From a virus (taxonomy: Duplodnaviria > Heunggongvirae > Uroviricota > Caudoviricetes): a stretch of DNA of 64,000 nt. Below are positions 39,571 to 48,027 of this stretch, in pieces. How positions within the stretch are numbered: position 1 is the first letter of the stretch; each line of letters begins with the position of its first letter. A program made the translations under genes and the position numbers. The DNA lies in the IMG/VR virus record IMGVR_UViG_3300035208_003871, one strand, 5' to 3'. A model generated the notes under the pieces. That model worked only from the letters and a program-made list of their open reading frames with translations, was not told the DNA's origin and made no database searches.

Positions 39571-39755
39571 ACAATGCTAATCTGGATAGATTTTACTAAA
39601 ATAATTAAATGTGTAAAGTGGTTAATTATAATTGGTTTACTTTTACTGGTTGTTTATTATTGTTATGCTCATTTGCGGATCGATATTATTAAAAGGTCGG
39701 GTGGATATGAAATTTTTATAACTCATTGCGTTAACTTTATGTGCAATTAAGTTAA

Positions 39756-40004
39756 TTGTTAATTATGCAACATAAACTTATTCATATGTTAGGTCCACTG
39801 AATAATGTTACAATTCCGATGTTATATGAGATTCGGGATGGAATAAAATATACACAGGATTACTCAGATTATCTTGATGCGCTGAATAGCTTATATATTG
39901 AGAAGTGGATTGATGGATACTCTGATGACAATGATGATTGCGTGTGGATATTGACGGTTGAGGGACGCAAATTACTAAGTATTTTAGATGATATTATTAT
40001 TTAA
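39756..40004 (+). CDS. Hypothetical 82-aa protein.
   Basis: ORF. Confidence 0.3.
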   Translation: MLIMQHKLIHMLGPLNNVTIPMLYEIRDGIKYTQDYSDYLDALNSLYIEKWIDGYSDDNDDCVWILTVEGRKLLSILDDIII

Positions 40005-40031
40005 TCAGTATATTTTATATAGTTAGTATAT

Positions 40032-40256
40032 TTAATAATCTGATGTGGATTGATGACATATAATTTCGTGAAGTATATTGAATATATCTGGTGTCCAATC
40101 ACCCACCCTCATGATCTCTTCCCATGTTCTTTTTGATAGTGGTATGGGATGCGAGATAATATCGATGCCAATTTCTTCTTCTATTGCTAATATTGTTAAT
40201 GTGGTAATAACTTCAGAGGGTGTAGCATATCTAAGTGCAGTTATATAATCAGTCAT
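40032..40256 (-). CDS. Hypothetical 74-aa protein.
   Basis: ORF. Confidence 0.3.
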   Translation of the reverse strand: MTDYITALRYATPSEVITTLTILAIEEEIGIDIISHPIPLSKRTWEEIMRVGDWTPDIFNILHEIICHQSTSDY

Positions 40257-40327
40257 AAATATTTGTGTTATTTTACTATTATTATGTCTTTGTGCAATCG
40301 TTTTACGGTATTTAAACGGAGGATTTC

Positions 40328-40831
40328 ATGTTAGATGAGTGGTTATTGCGATTAGGTATGGTTCGCGACGAAGTAGAAATGCTTCTAAAAATGTATGAGA
40401 ACGGAAATAAATTGGGGTTTTTAGCCGAAGACTTCGGATTAACTGAAGATGAGATGTATGACTATGTTGGCTTTGGTTATATGCGGGTAGTTAATTTAAA
40501 GAAGACGAAGGATAAAATAGAATTGGTTTACAAAATTAACGATTTTTACGAGGTTCTTGATAAGATTTACGGAGAGCGCGAAAAACGACTCAAGGCTGAC
40601 CGGGAACTGATAAAATTAATTAAAAAGAATTTAAATAGAACATTAGTTAATCGTTGTAGACCAGCTAATAAAAGAATCGGAAGACCGCCACGAACTATTG
40701 CAAAAAAGAAACGCGATGCAAAAGCACGCAAATTGCGAAAAATCGAGCAGGAAGAATATGCACAATCGGAAGAAGGTAAACGAGAAGCACTGTTAGCAGC
40801 ACGTAAATATCTGGAAGAAAATAAAGATTAA
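40328..40831 (+). CDS. Probable DNA-binding protein with a basic AT-hook-like region (RIGRPPRTIAKKKRDAKARKLRK).
   Basis: A 167-aa ORF with a Lys/Arg-rich C-terminal half. Confidence 0.45.
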   Translation: MLDEWLLRLGMVRDEVEMLLKMYENGNKLGFLAEDFGLTEDEMYDYVGFGYMRVVNLKKTKDKIELVYKINDFYEVLDKIYGEREKRLKADRELIKLIKKNLNRTLVNRCRPANKRIGRPPRTIAKKKRDAKARKLRKIEQEEYAQSEEGKREALLAARKYLEENKD

Positions 40832-40879
40832 ATGTTAATTAATTTTAATTAACTTTTACTAGTTTAAATTTATATAAAA

Positions 40880-41086
40880 TTACTCGGTGGCAATTTTTAC
40901 ATCTTCGGGCTTTGCAGTTTTGCGCTTGGCATGAGTTGTAAGGAGTTTAATCTGTTTTGACCACCCGGTTCCAATTGCAGAGAGTTTCTTGTCGAACTCG
41001 ATAGCTGCTTCACGTGACACACGCTCGATACCATTGGCTTTCATCAATCTGACAATAGCCGCTAAAGGAAATGTCGTTTCTGACAT
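40880..41086 (-). CDS. Archaeal-type histone (histone-fold, HMf family), 68 aa.
   Basis: FPLAAIVRLMKANGIERVSREAAIEF...HAKRKTAKPEDVKIA matches HMfB-type histones residue by residue: PIAPIGRIIK-AGAERVS, then the RKT-x-K-x-ED signature. Confidence 0.8.
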   Translation of the reverse strand: MSETTFPLAAIVRLMKANGIERVSREAAIEFDKKLSAIGTGWSKQIKLLTTHAKRKTAKPEDVKIATE

Positions 41087-41170
41087 AATATAATATTTAA
41101 TTGATATTATATTTATAATTTGTGGTATATCTTTGATTTATACCGCGCAAACAGAAAATCGGGTGAAGTA

Positions 41171-41452
41171 TTAAAATGGATTTTGATTTCGGGTTGTATT
41201 TTTTGATTTCTTCAATTTGTTGAGATTTTCGCATTCTACGCAACAAGAATCGTTATTTTCAATTGTTGATCGAAAAGGATTACCACATGCAGTGCAAGTG
41301 CATTGATATGTGGGTGTGTGTCTATTAAATTGAGCGCATCTTCTGCTACAGTAAATCGCTTTTCCGCGATGAATATCATGTGGATAATATTCTTTTATTA
41401 CATTACAATCGCTATTCTCGCATTCTCTATGTAATCGCTTAACTTGACGCAT
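41171..41452 (-). CDS. Zinc-finger protein with a TRASH/zf-FCS-like motif (93 aa).
   Basis: CNVIKEY...GKAIYCSRRCAQFNRH, then CTCTACGNPF...CCVECENLN. The C-terminal module is paralogous to that of 52873..53526. Confidence 0.5.
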   Translation of the reverse strand: MRQVKRLHRECENSDCNVIKEYYPHDIHRGKAIYCSRRCAQFNRHTPTYQCTCTACGNPFRSTIENNDSCCVECENLNKLKKSKNTTRNQNPF

Positions 41453-41586
41453 TTATATGATCACTATTATGATATTTGTTTTACTTCGACTTAAAGATTT
41501 GGGCTTAAACCGCGTCAATCTAAAATAGTTAACATGAAGTATTATCAATTTATATAATTTACAAAACAGTCTGAACAAAGAAAAAC

Positions 41587-41830
41587 AAGGAAAACAGGTG
41601 TGGAATCCTTGTTTCGTTGTTCGTTGGATGGTTCGTTAAGGATAAATCCTCAACAGTAATATGTTGACGTACAACTTTAAATAAGTTTTGTATATCATTT
41701 ATATAGTGGGAAAGACAATACTTATTGTTAAGGTTATACTTAACGAACCACCCCACCTTGGATTCGCATGAGTAAACTTTTACTTAACGAACTTCCAATA
41801 ACACGCAAAGGAAAACCCACACCACCGTGG
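41587..41830. repeat. Nested inverted-repeat element.
   Basis: The outer arms are AAGGAAAACAGGTGTGG (41588-41604) and AAGGAAAACCCACACC (41808-41823). The inner arms are GGTTCGTTAAG (41630-41640) and CTTAACGAACC (41738-41748, with another copy at 41784-41793). Confidence 0.5.
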
Positions 41831-42608
41831 TCTTTCTTTGTTGTTGTTAAGAGATTTTGGCAGGTGACGCGACTTCGGCCTAAACCAATGCTGTTTTGTT
41901 GAGTTTTTTATATTTTGTTTGATTATTAGTGTTTTTTCTGTTTAATTCATAATTATTTTGTAATTTATTATTTGTTGTTTTATTTTTATCTTAATTTGTT
42001 TAGTTTTGGGTATGAGATGACCCTCTTATGTATTTTAATTATAATTATTTTGGGTATGAGATTTTTATTTGGTTTTGTGGAAGTTGTTTTGTGTTTGGTG
42101 GTTTTGTTGGGGTTAGATCTCATAACTAAAGTTCATAATTATTTGTGTATGAGTTTGAGTTTGGTTATGAGAAGAGTGCCTTGTTTTTTATTGTTGTTAT
42201 TTTCGGTATGGATATGAAGAGGGTGCTTTATAGGGGCTTTTATAAAACGGTTCGCGGGTTGAACCGAATCGTGCTGTGACGATTTATACTATTATGTTGG
42301 TTTGCATACTATATAACTTCGCGGTTTACAGTATATAAAGGAAGAGTGATTAGTCCTTATTGGACATGTAGACAAACGTGGCAAATGCAATTAATAGGAA
42401 TGGAACGATTTGTTTTTCAGGGTATATTTTGTATGAGGTGTCAAATATACTGAACACGAGATCTCCAAGTATCCAACCAGCTGATAGACTGAGTGGTAAA
42501 GAGATTAGTGGCGTAGGATGTTGCATGATAATATTTTGGTGTGTTGTTATTTAAATATAATTGACATATAGATTTATTTGATTGTAAGTTGATATTTATG
42601 AAGCGGGT

Positions 42609-42872
42609 TTGTTAGGTTTATATATGGTAAAACTTGTGGATTACTTGGACGATGTAGGGTGGGATGGTTTGATGGGGAGGTGGGTTCAAAGTGTTAAGCT
42701 TTATTTGTTTCCACAGGATTGTTGTATGAACTGCGTGTATATGGGATTTAAGAGGGGGCACGCGGGAAACGGTGTAATGTTAATGTATTATTGTTCATGT
42801 TTTAAGACGGTTTTGGTATTGCATAATGTTGGTAGTTGTTGTGGCAGTTATAGGAGGAGTAATTCTTGGTAA
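42609..42872 (+). CDS. Member 1 of a tandem family of cytosine-poor small Trp/Cys/Gly proteins.
   Basis: The motif DCCMNCVY. A second ATG lies at 42624, just after CTAGGTTTATATATGG. Confidence 0.35.
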   Translation: MLGLYMVKLVDYLDDVGWDGLMGRWVQSVKLYLFPQDCCMNCVYMGFKRGHAGNGVMLMYYCSCFKTVLVLHNVGSCCGSYRRSNSW

Positions 42873-43084
42873 ACGATTTGGATCGTGATATGCGGAGATT
42901 TTTGTGGGATATTCGAAAGTTTTTGATTACTAGTGAAGTTTGTTTATGTTGCGAGAAATTGATGGTTAGGAGGAGGGATGGCGCCGTTGTATGCGATTTG
43001 GACGATGATGAGATGCAATTGAAATTTTTGAATAATTATAGATGTGATTTTTGGGTGGTGAGGCATGGATGGGACACTGGATAG
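42866..43084 (+). CDS. Tandem family member 2.
   Basis: CLCCEKLMVRRRDG. It overlaps its neighbours. Confidence 0.3.
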   Translation: MVNDLDRDMRRFLWDIRKFLITSEVCLCCEKLMVRRRDGAVVCDLDDDEMQLKFLNNYRCDFWVVRHGWDTG

Positions 43085-43283
43085 TTTGATGTGTGAATGG
43101 ATTATTTGCAATCGGGATTATTTGGTGTGTACATATGGGTTTAGGCAGATGTGTTGGAACTGTGTTTATAGTGGGAAATCTGTGAATTTGGGGCAGTATG
43201 TTTGTTTTATTAGACCGATGGATAAATCGAGGAGTCCGTATTTTACTTGTGTTAAGTGGATTAAGATTAAGATACCGGGTTGA
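43065..43283 (+). CDS. Tandem family member 3.
   Basis: RQMCWNCVYSGKS. Confidence 0.35.
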   Translation: MDGTLDSLMCEWIICNRDYLVCTYGFRQMCWNCVYSGKSVNLGQYVCFIRPMDKSRSPYFTCVKWIKIKIPG

Positions 43284-43320
43284 ATTGTAAACAGGAGATT
43301 ACTAATGGTGTTTAGATGTT

Positions 43321-43686
43321 ATGACTTTGTTAGATTTGTATCCTGATGGATCGTATTCGGTGTTCGAGGATGTTGATGGGGATACGTTTAGTTTGAGGAT
43401 GAGGGGGTTTGTAATTGGAGTTAAGGAGGATTTGTTAAATTATAGCTGGGAGATGTACTCGGGGAGGAAGTATAGGATCACGGATGTGGATTGTCGGAAA
43501 TGTTGTTATTGTATGTATGAGTATGGTCGTGCGTTTCCGGAGATACAGGTAGATGGACATTGGATGCCCACGGTGTTGTTTTGTCGGTATAGTGGGGATG
43601 TATTGAGTTTTGATTTTATGAGGATCAGACAGAAGGTGAATAGACCGTGTAGGAATTATAAATTGGATGAGGATGCGGGGTGGTAA
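43321..43686 (+). CDS. Tandem family member 4.
   Basis: CRKCCYCMYEYGRAF. Confidence 0.3.
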   Translation: MTLLDLYPDGSYSVFEDVDGDTFSLRMRGFVIGVKEDLLNYSWEMYSGRKYRITDVDCRKCCYCMYEYGRAFPEIQVDGHWMPTVLFCRYSGDVLSFDFMRIRQKVNRPCRNYKLDEDAGW

Positions 43687-43883
43687 TTTTGAATGAGATA
43701 TCTGATTATTTTATGGATGCTGGTGGGTATTGTAATTGTTGTTGGATTTGTGTTCATTTGTACAGGGGAAAGATGGGTCATAAGGGACCGTTTTGTGCAG
43801 GAAAGAATAGACATATATTTAAACCGCTGGCCTTTTGTTTTGAGTTTAGATTGGTGAGTGCAATGGAGCTAAAGGGAAGATGA
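43680..43883 (+). CDS. Tandem family member 5.
   Basis: CNCCWICVHLYRGK. Confidence 0.3.
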   Translation: MVILNEISDYFMDAGGYCNCCWICVHLYRGKMGHKGPFCAGKNRHIFKPLAFCFEFRLVSAMELKGR

Positions 43884-44140
43884 ACAATGAGTTAACATTT
43901 ATGATGGTGGATTTTGTAAAGGAATGTGGGTTTCATTTGCTGAATATTTCGAGAAAATTTGGTGAAATGGGAACTTGCTTTCATTGCGATTATTGTAGTG
44001 TTGTACATTATAAGGTGGTTGATGGAGAGTGGGAAACTGATATTATATGTTGGAAGAATAGTTATTTTGGAGAAAGGGACTGTATGAGTTGGGGAATGGC
44101 AACTGCTCATGTGATTTGTAGTGGATTTGTGCCGCGTTGA
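43880..44140 (+). CDS. Tandem family member 6.
   Basis: CFHCDYCSVVHY. Confidence 0.3.
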   Translation: MNNELTFMMVDFVKECGFHLLNISRKFGEMGTCFHCDYCSVVHYKVVDGEWETDIICWKNSYFGERDCMSWGMATAHVICSGFVPR

Positions 44141-44152
44141 CTAGGTTTATAT

Positions 44153-44383
44153 ATGGTAAATCGGGAGTTTGATGAGCAGATGTGGGTTTGGTGGAGTAAT
44201 GTCGATCATTTGATTAGGAGGCATACTGGCGTTGGGAGGGCATGTTGGAACTGTTATAATAGTAAGCGTTTACCTGATGAATTTTATGGTGAGTTTTTTT
44301 ATTTGTTTTATTGTAGTAGGGACAATCGGGTAATAACGCATGTGATAAAGCAGGTTTGTGATTGGTGGGAATTCCGTGGATGA
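44153..44383 (+). CDS. Tandem family member 7.
   Basis: GRACWNCYNSKR. The start follows CTAGGTTTATATATGG. Confidence 0.35.
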   Translation: MVNREFDEQMWVWWSNVDHLIRRHTGVGRACWNCYNSKRLPDEFYGEFFYLFYCSRDNRVITHVIKQVCDWWEFRG

Positions 44384-44678
44384 TAATTGGATTGTTACCG
44401 AATATTATAGGAGTATGGTATTAGATGATTCTGTGGATTCGTCTGTGGATTTGTTTAGTGAACTAATGAGATCTTGGGTGAATAATATGATTCCGTGGTT
44501 TGGTGCGAATGTCGGATTGCGGATGATGTGTTGGAATTGTAGGTTTATTGGTAAACGGACTGGTGGAGGATTTTTGTGCATGAACAAATCAACAGAACAA
44601 TTTAATATGGAACTTTGTGATGATTGGAAGTTCAATTCATATGCATGGAGTTTAGATTGGTGGGCATTTCGAGAATGA
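44358..44678 (+). CDS. Tandem family member 8.
   Basis: RMMCWNCRFIGKRTGG. Confidence 0.35.
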   Translation: MIGGNSVDDNWIVTEYYRSMVLDDSVDSSVDLFSELMRSWVNNMIPWFGANVGLRMMCWNCRFIGKRTGGGFLCMNKSTEQFNMELCDDWKFNSYAWSLDWWAFRE

Positions 44679-44926
44679 AACCAACTGGTTTATCAACTGG
44701 TATGAGCGATTTTGATTTATTAGTAAAAAATTTTGTAAGGGATGTGTGCAGGAATACCGGGGTGTGTGCTTTTGTCAGGTGCAATTGCTTGACTTGTACG
44801 TTTTCGGCTAGGTTGATCACAATTGATAATTTACTTTTGGGAGTGCTTTATTGTCAGAGTTCAAGAAAGGTAGTTAGAAATGATTTGGTTTGCGGCAATT
44901 GGGATAGCAGGTTAAGAGGTTACTAG
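44624..44926 (+). CDS. Tandem family member 9.
   Basis: CAFVRCNCLTCTF. Confidence 0.3.
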   Translation: MEVQFICMEFRLVGISRMKPTGLSTGMSDFDLLVKNFVRDVCRNTGVCAFVRCNCLTCTFSARLITIDNLLLGVLYCQSSRKVVRNDLVCGNWDSRLRGY

Positions 44927-45253
44927 GTTTATATAGTGTAAATACCGGAAGTTATATACGTTCAGACGAAGTATTATAGGTATGGAACATTTAACGATTA
45001 TGGGTGTAATTAAAAGGAAGTGTTTATTATAAACTTTCAGGTGTGGGCAGGCATTGGACTGTTACTTGTGGGATTGGACTTGATAGTCGAGTGTCAATAT
45101 GCATGGTGTGAGAAATGGCGGGTTCCAGTTGGATCGGTCTTTGTGTTTACTGCGTTACTTATTTTCTGGGCTAATTGGTGAATTATTCGGGTTGTAGGGT
45201 GGAATGAGCGTTAGCGAATGGCCCTACTTGGGCAAACTGGTAAGTAGGGCGTT

Positions 45254-45446
45254 CATTTCGGCTTAAAACTTTTTGATTATTGCGACAAAGTGACGTGATC
45301 ATTGTCGTGATAGATACTTCGGCTTAAACACTTCGTCTGGTTTATTTGGAAAAACTTAATTCTTGGATACTTCGTCTTAAAATATATTCTTCGGGGTATG
45401 GGGTATAACGAACCGTAGGTGAGTGGCCCCATTCGGCTTAAAATAT
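45254..45446. repeat. Four direct repeats of TTCGGCTTAAAA (one copy is TTCGTCTTAAAA), spaced 53-61 bp apart.
   Basis: The copies are at approx. 45258, 45319, 45372 and 45432. Confidence 0.7.
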
Positions 45447-45519
45447 TTGAAAAGTGTAATTAATTCGGATATAGACCCGCTAGCTTATATATACTACTGT
45501 TAACGATGCTTTTTTATTC

Positions 45520-46002
45520 TTTTTGGGTGGAAGGAAGCTTCCTTCATGGGTATATAAAGGTATCGGATTGGGTGTACGATATGGAAATGTTTATATAGTG
45601 CATGTGGAATGATGTTACCAGTGAGAGTATATAAAGGTTTCGATTTGATTTTCGGTTCAAGTATATAAGGTTAACTGTTAGCGCGCTGTACAATTTAGTA
45701 ATAATAAACCAGTTGGTAGTATGATGCGCGGTGTTACGATTTTTTAATTGGTATTACGATTCAATAGGGCTTTCAGCGCGTTCATTTCTCTTAACCCTTA
45801 ATATCATTCGATTAATCATAAGGGTACTGAGGCGTAGCTTCAACCTTGATACCTTTACATGAAGGTTATATGGGCTTCTTTTTGAAATTGGAGGCCAATT
45901 CACGGTGTGATGAGATGGAATGACACTGTTTGTCATGGGTATATAAAGATGCCGGTGGAAGGAAGCTTCGTATGTGGGTATATAAATGTGTCGATTTGAA
46001 CC
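45520..46002. promoter_or_regulatory. A cluster of five GGGTATATAAAGG TATA-like boxes, some preceded by the palindrome GAAGGAAGCTTCCTTC.
   Basis: The boxes are at approx. 45548, 45627, 45660, 45937 and 45976. Each is followed by G-T-x-T-C-G-A-T-T-T-G-A. A perfect 16-bp palindrome lies at 45525-45540. Confidence 0.55.
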
Positions 46003-46019
46003 GGTATGACGCGCGATTA

Positions 46020-46560
46020 ATATAGTAACACGATTATATAATTGGTGATTTATATTAATAATTTTATATTATGTGGATTATATAATCTGAATATTATAAA
46101 AAAACTTTTATAAAATTATTTTTATTGAGTTGTACTTATTTATATTTTCGTAGCAGTGATATCACTGATTTTTATGTGATGTGGAATATATTAATAGGAA
46201 TATATTCAGGTTTTTATATTTTTGTTAATATAATTTTAGGGATTATATAATGGAGCTGGTTATATATTCCACACTATTATAAAACTATTTTTATAAATCT
46301 GTTATTATAAATCTATTATTATAATTATCAAATTATAAATCCATTATTATATTTCTATTATTATATAATGCATAGATAAATATTAAGTTTTTTATATTGA
46401 TTTCTTTATATTATTTCTTTTATATTACGACTAATATATTATTACTTTAATATCACTTTTAGTATAATTTATAGAGTATATTTTATGGAATATAAAATTA
46501 CTTATATAATTACTCTGATTATATATTAACAGGTAAAATATAACTGTTTGTCATATAATG
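46020..46560. repeat. An extremely AT-rich stretch with short direct repeats (TTATTATAAATC x3-4), which could be a DNA-unwinding element.
   Basis: Composition and the repeats at 46295-46345. Confidence 0.5.
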
Positions 46561-46866
46561 GTTTATATAAAAGGTTCTGGATATATTTGTGGTTTTTGCG
46601 GACAGGTATCTGAGCATAGGGGTTTTTGCTCTCCTTCCTGTTATAGTGGATACAAACAGGAAATAAAGAAAAACGGTATTAAAAAGTGTATTTCCTGTAA
46701 AAAGCATTATTCAGGTTCTTTCCTTTTTTGTGGCGAAATATGCTTTCAGAATTACTTATACCGGTTAAAAACGGGTAAAATTGAAAATAAAGAAGTTTTA
46801 TCGATAATAGAGAAATACCCTATAATACCTCATGATAATCAGGCACCTGATGCGGATAAACCATAA
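46558..46866 (+). CDS. zf-FCS/TRASH-like zinc-finger protein (102 aa).
   Basis: CGFCGQVSEHRGFCSPSCYSGYK, then CISCKKHYSGSFLFCGEICFQNY. These are two copies of a C-x2-C...[FY]C-x2/3-C module. Confidence 0.5.
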   Translation: MVYIKGSGYICGFCGQVSEHRGFCSPSCYSGYKQEIKKNGIKKCISCKKHYSGSFLFCGEICFQNYLYRLKTGKIENKEVLSIIEKYPIIPHDNQAPDADKP

Positions 46867-47503
46867 TGCATCTATACGCACATATCAGAACGGTATTGAA
46901 GGAAAAAATCTATCCCTTATACTCTTATGATCTCAAAACCTCATGATACCGTTTGAATATGAGAATAGTAAAATGAAACAATTTAACAGTATATAAACCA
47001 ACAATATTTATATGTATTACACATTATAAAAGATAAGCGCTGACCGTATAACCATTAGAATTAAAAAATAACCTCATAAATTCATAATTTTTAAATCCTC
47101 TATTTTTCCCGTTTATTTCGGTCTTTCCTGAAGCTTTAACGGTCTTATTCTCTTATCCTTGTCACAAAGAATATATACTATCTTAGATAGATAATATACT
47201 GTATAGAACGTGAGAAGGGAAAGATTAGCGACTCAGCGCTGATATCCCTTTGATTCATCCGCTAAAAGTGCTGAGGGTTCTCATGGGTTAAATCCCTTTA
47301 ATTTTCATAATATCCGTTTTATCCCTCTTTTTTGTCATAATCTCTTCTTACCGGGATGGATTTTCAGAGTTAAAAGAACCAGTTAAATTTATTTCTTGTA
47401 AAAAATCTATGAAAAACAACTAAAAATTAATTAAAATCTCTTAAATCTCTTTATTTGAGTATAAACCCTTAAACGGGGTACATCAAATCAAAGGAGTAAA
47501 AAC

Positions 47504-47794
47504 ATGTATGAATGTAAATTAAAGCTTCTTTATGAAGCTGATATCTATCTGTCAGGGAAAATTATCACCTTCTCATTTTATGAAGGTTCTATCTATCGAT
47601 TCAGTACAGAAGGAAAAATACTCTGGTACGATCAGAATAATGAGGTACTATCAGGTACTTCTCTCTTTGGATGGAAAGACTATCGTACAGATTTAGAGGA
47701 TGTACAGACTATCATAAGATCAATGAATCGATTCAGAAGCTTAGAACATCAGAGAACTCAGGTATCTGATATCCTAATTGAACCGGAGGAATAA
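47504..47794 (+). CDS. Hypothetical protein (96 aa).
   Basis: The RBS AAAGGAGTAAAAAC lies before the ATG. Confidence 0.45.
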   Translation: MYECKLKLLYEADIYLSGKIITFSFYEGSIYRFSTEGKILWYDQNNEVLSGTSLFGWKDYRTDLEDVQTIIRSMNRFRSLEHQRTQVSDILIEPEE

Positions 47795-47796
47795 TC

Positions 47797-47931
47797 ATGA
47801 AAAACACTTATGAACATGAACTATCTTCTCTTTTCAAAAAATTAAACTCTGATGAAATAAAAGATACATTAAATTCATTCTTTTATGAAAAAGGGTTTAA
47901 TTTATGTGTTTATGATATTTCAGAACATTAA
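47797..47931 (+). CDS. Hypothetical 44-aa protein.
   Basis: GGAGGAATAATC lies before the ATG at 47797. Confidence 0.3.
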   Translation: MKNTYEHELSSLFKKLNSDEIKDTLNSFFYEKGFNLCVYDISEH

Positions 47932-48027
47932 ATCCTTATTTCTGTAAACTGAGGTCGTAACTCAGAAGGATTATCACCGGATTAAAAAACCGGTTTCTCA
48001 AATGTAGCTTTAAAAAAGGTGCAAAAA

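Noticed and set aside
41559-41756. A 65-aa minus-strand ORF.
   Set aside because: It spans the nested inverted repeats. The region is more plausibly a structured non-coding element.
41972-42217. An 81-aa hydrophobic ORF in the GT-rich repeat region.
   Set aside because: It lies across the GGGTATGAGAT repeats. Its Leu/Phe/Val composition follows from T-rich DNA, so it is likely non-coding.
47273-47297. GGGTTAAATCCC hairpin as a possible tRNA T-arm.
   Set aside because: The loop is 6 nt, not the 7-nt TTCRANY type, and there is no acceptor or D-arm partner. It is not a tRNA.
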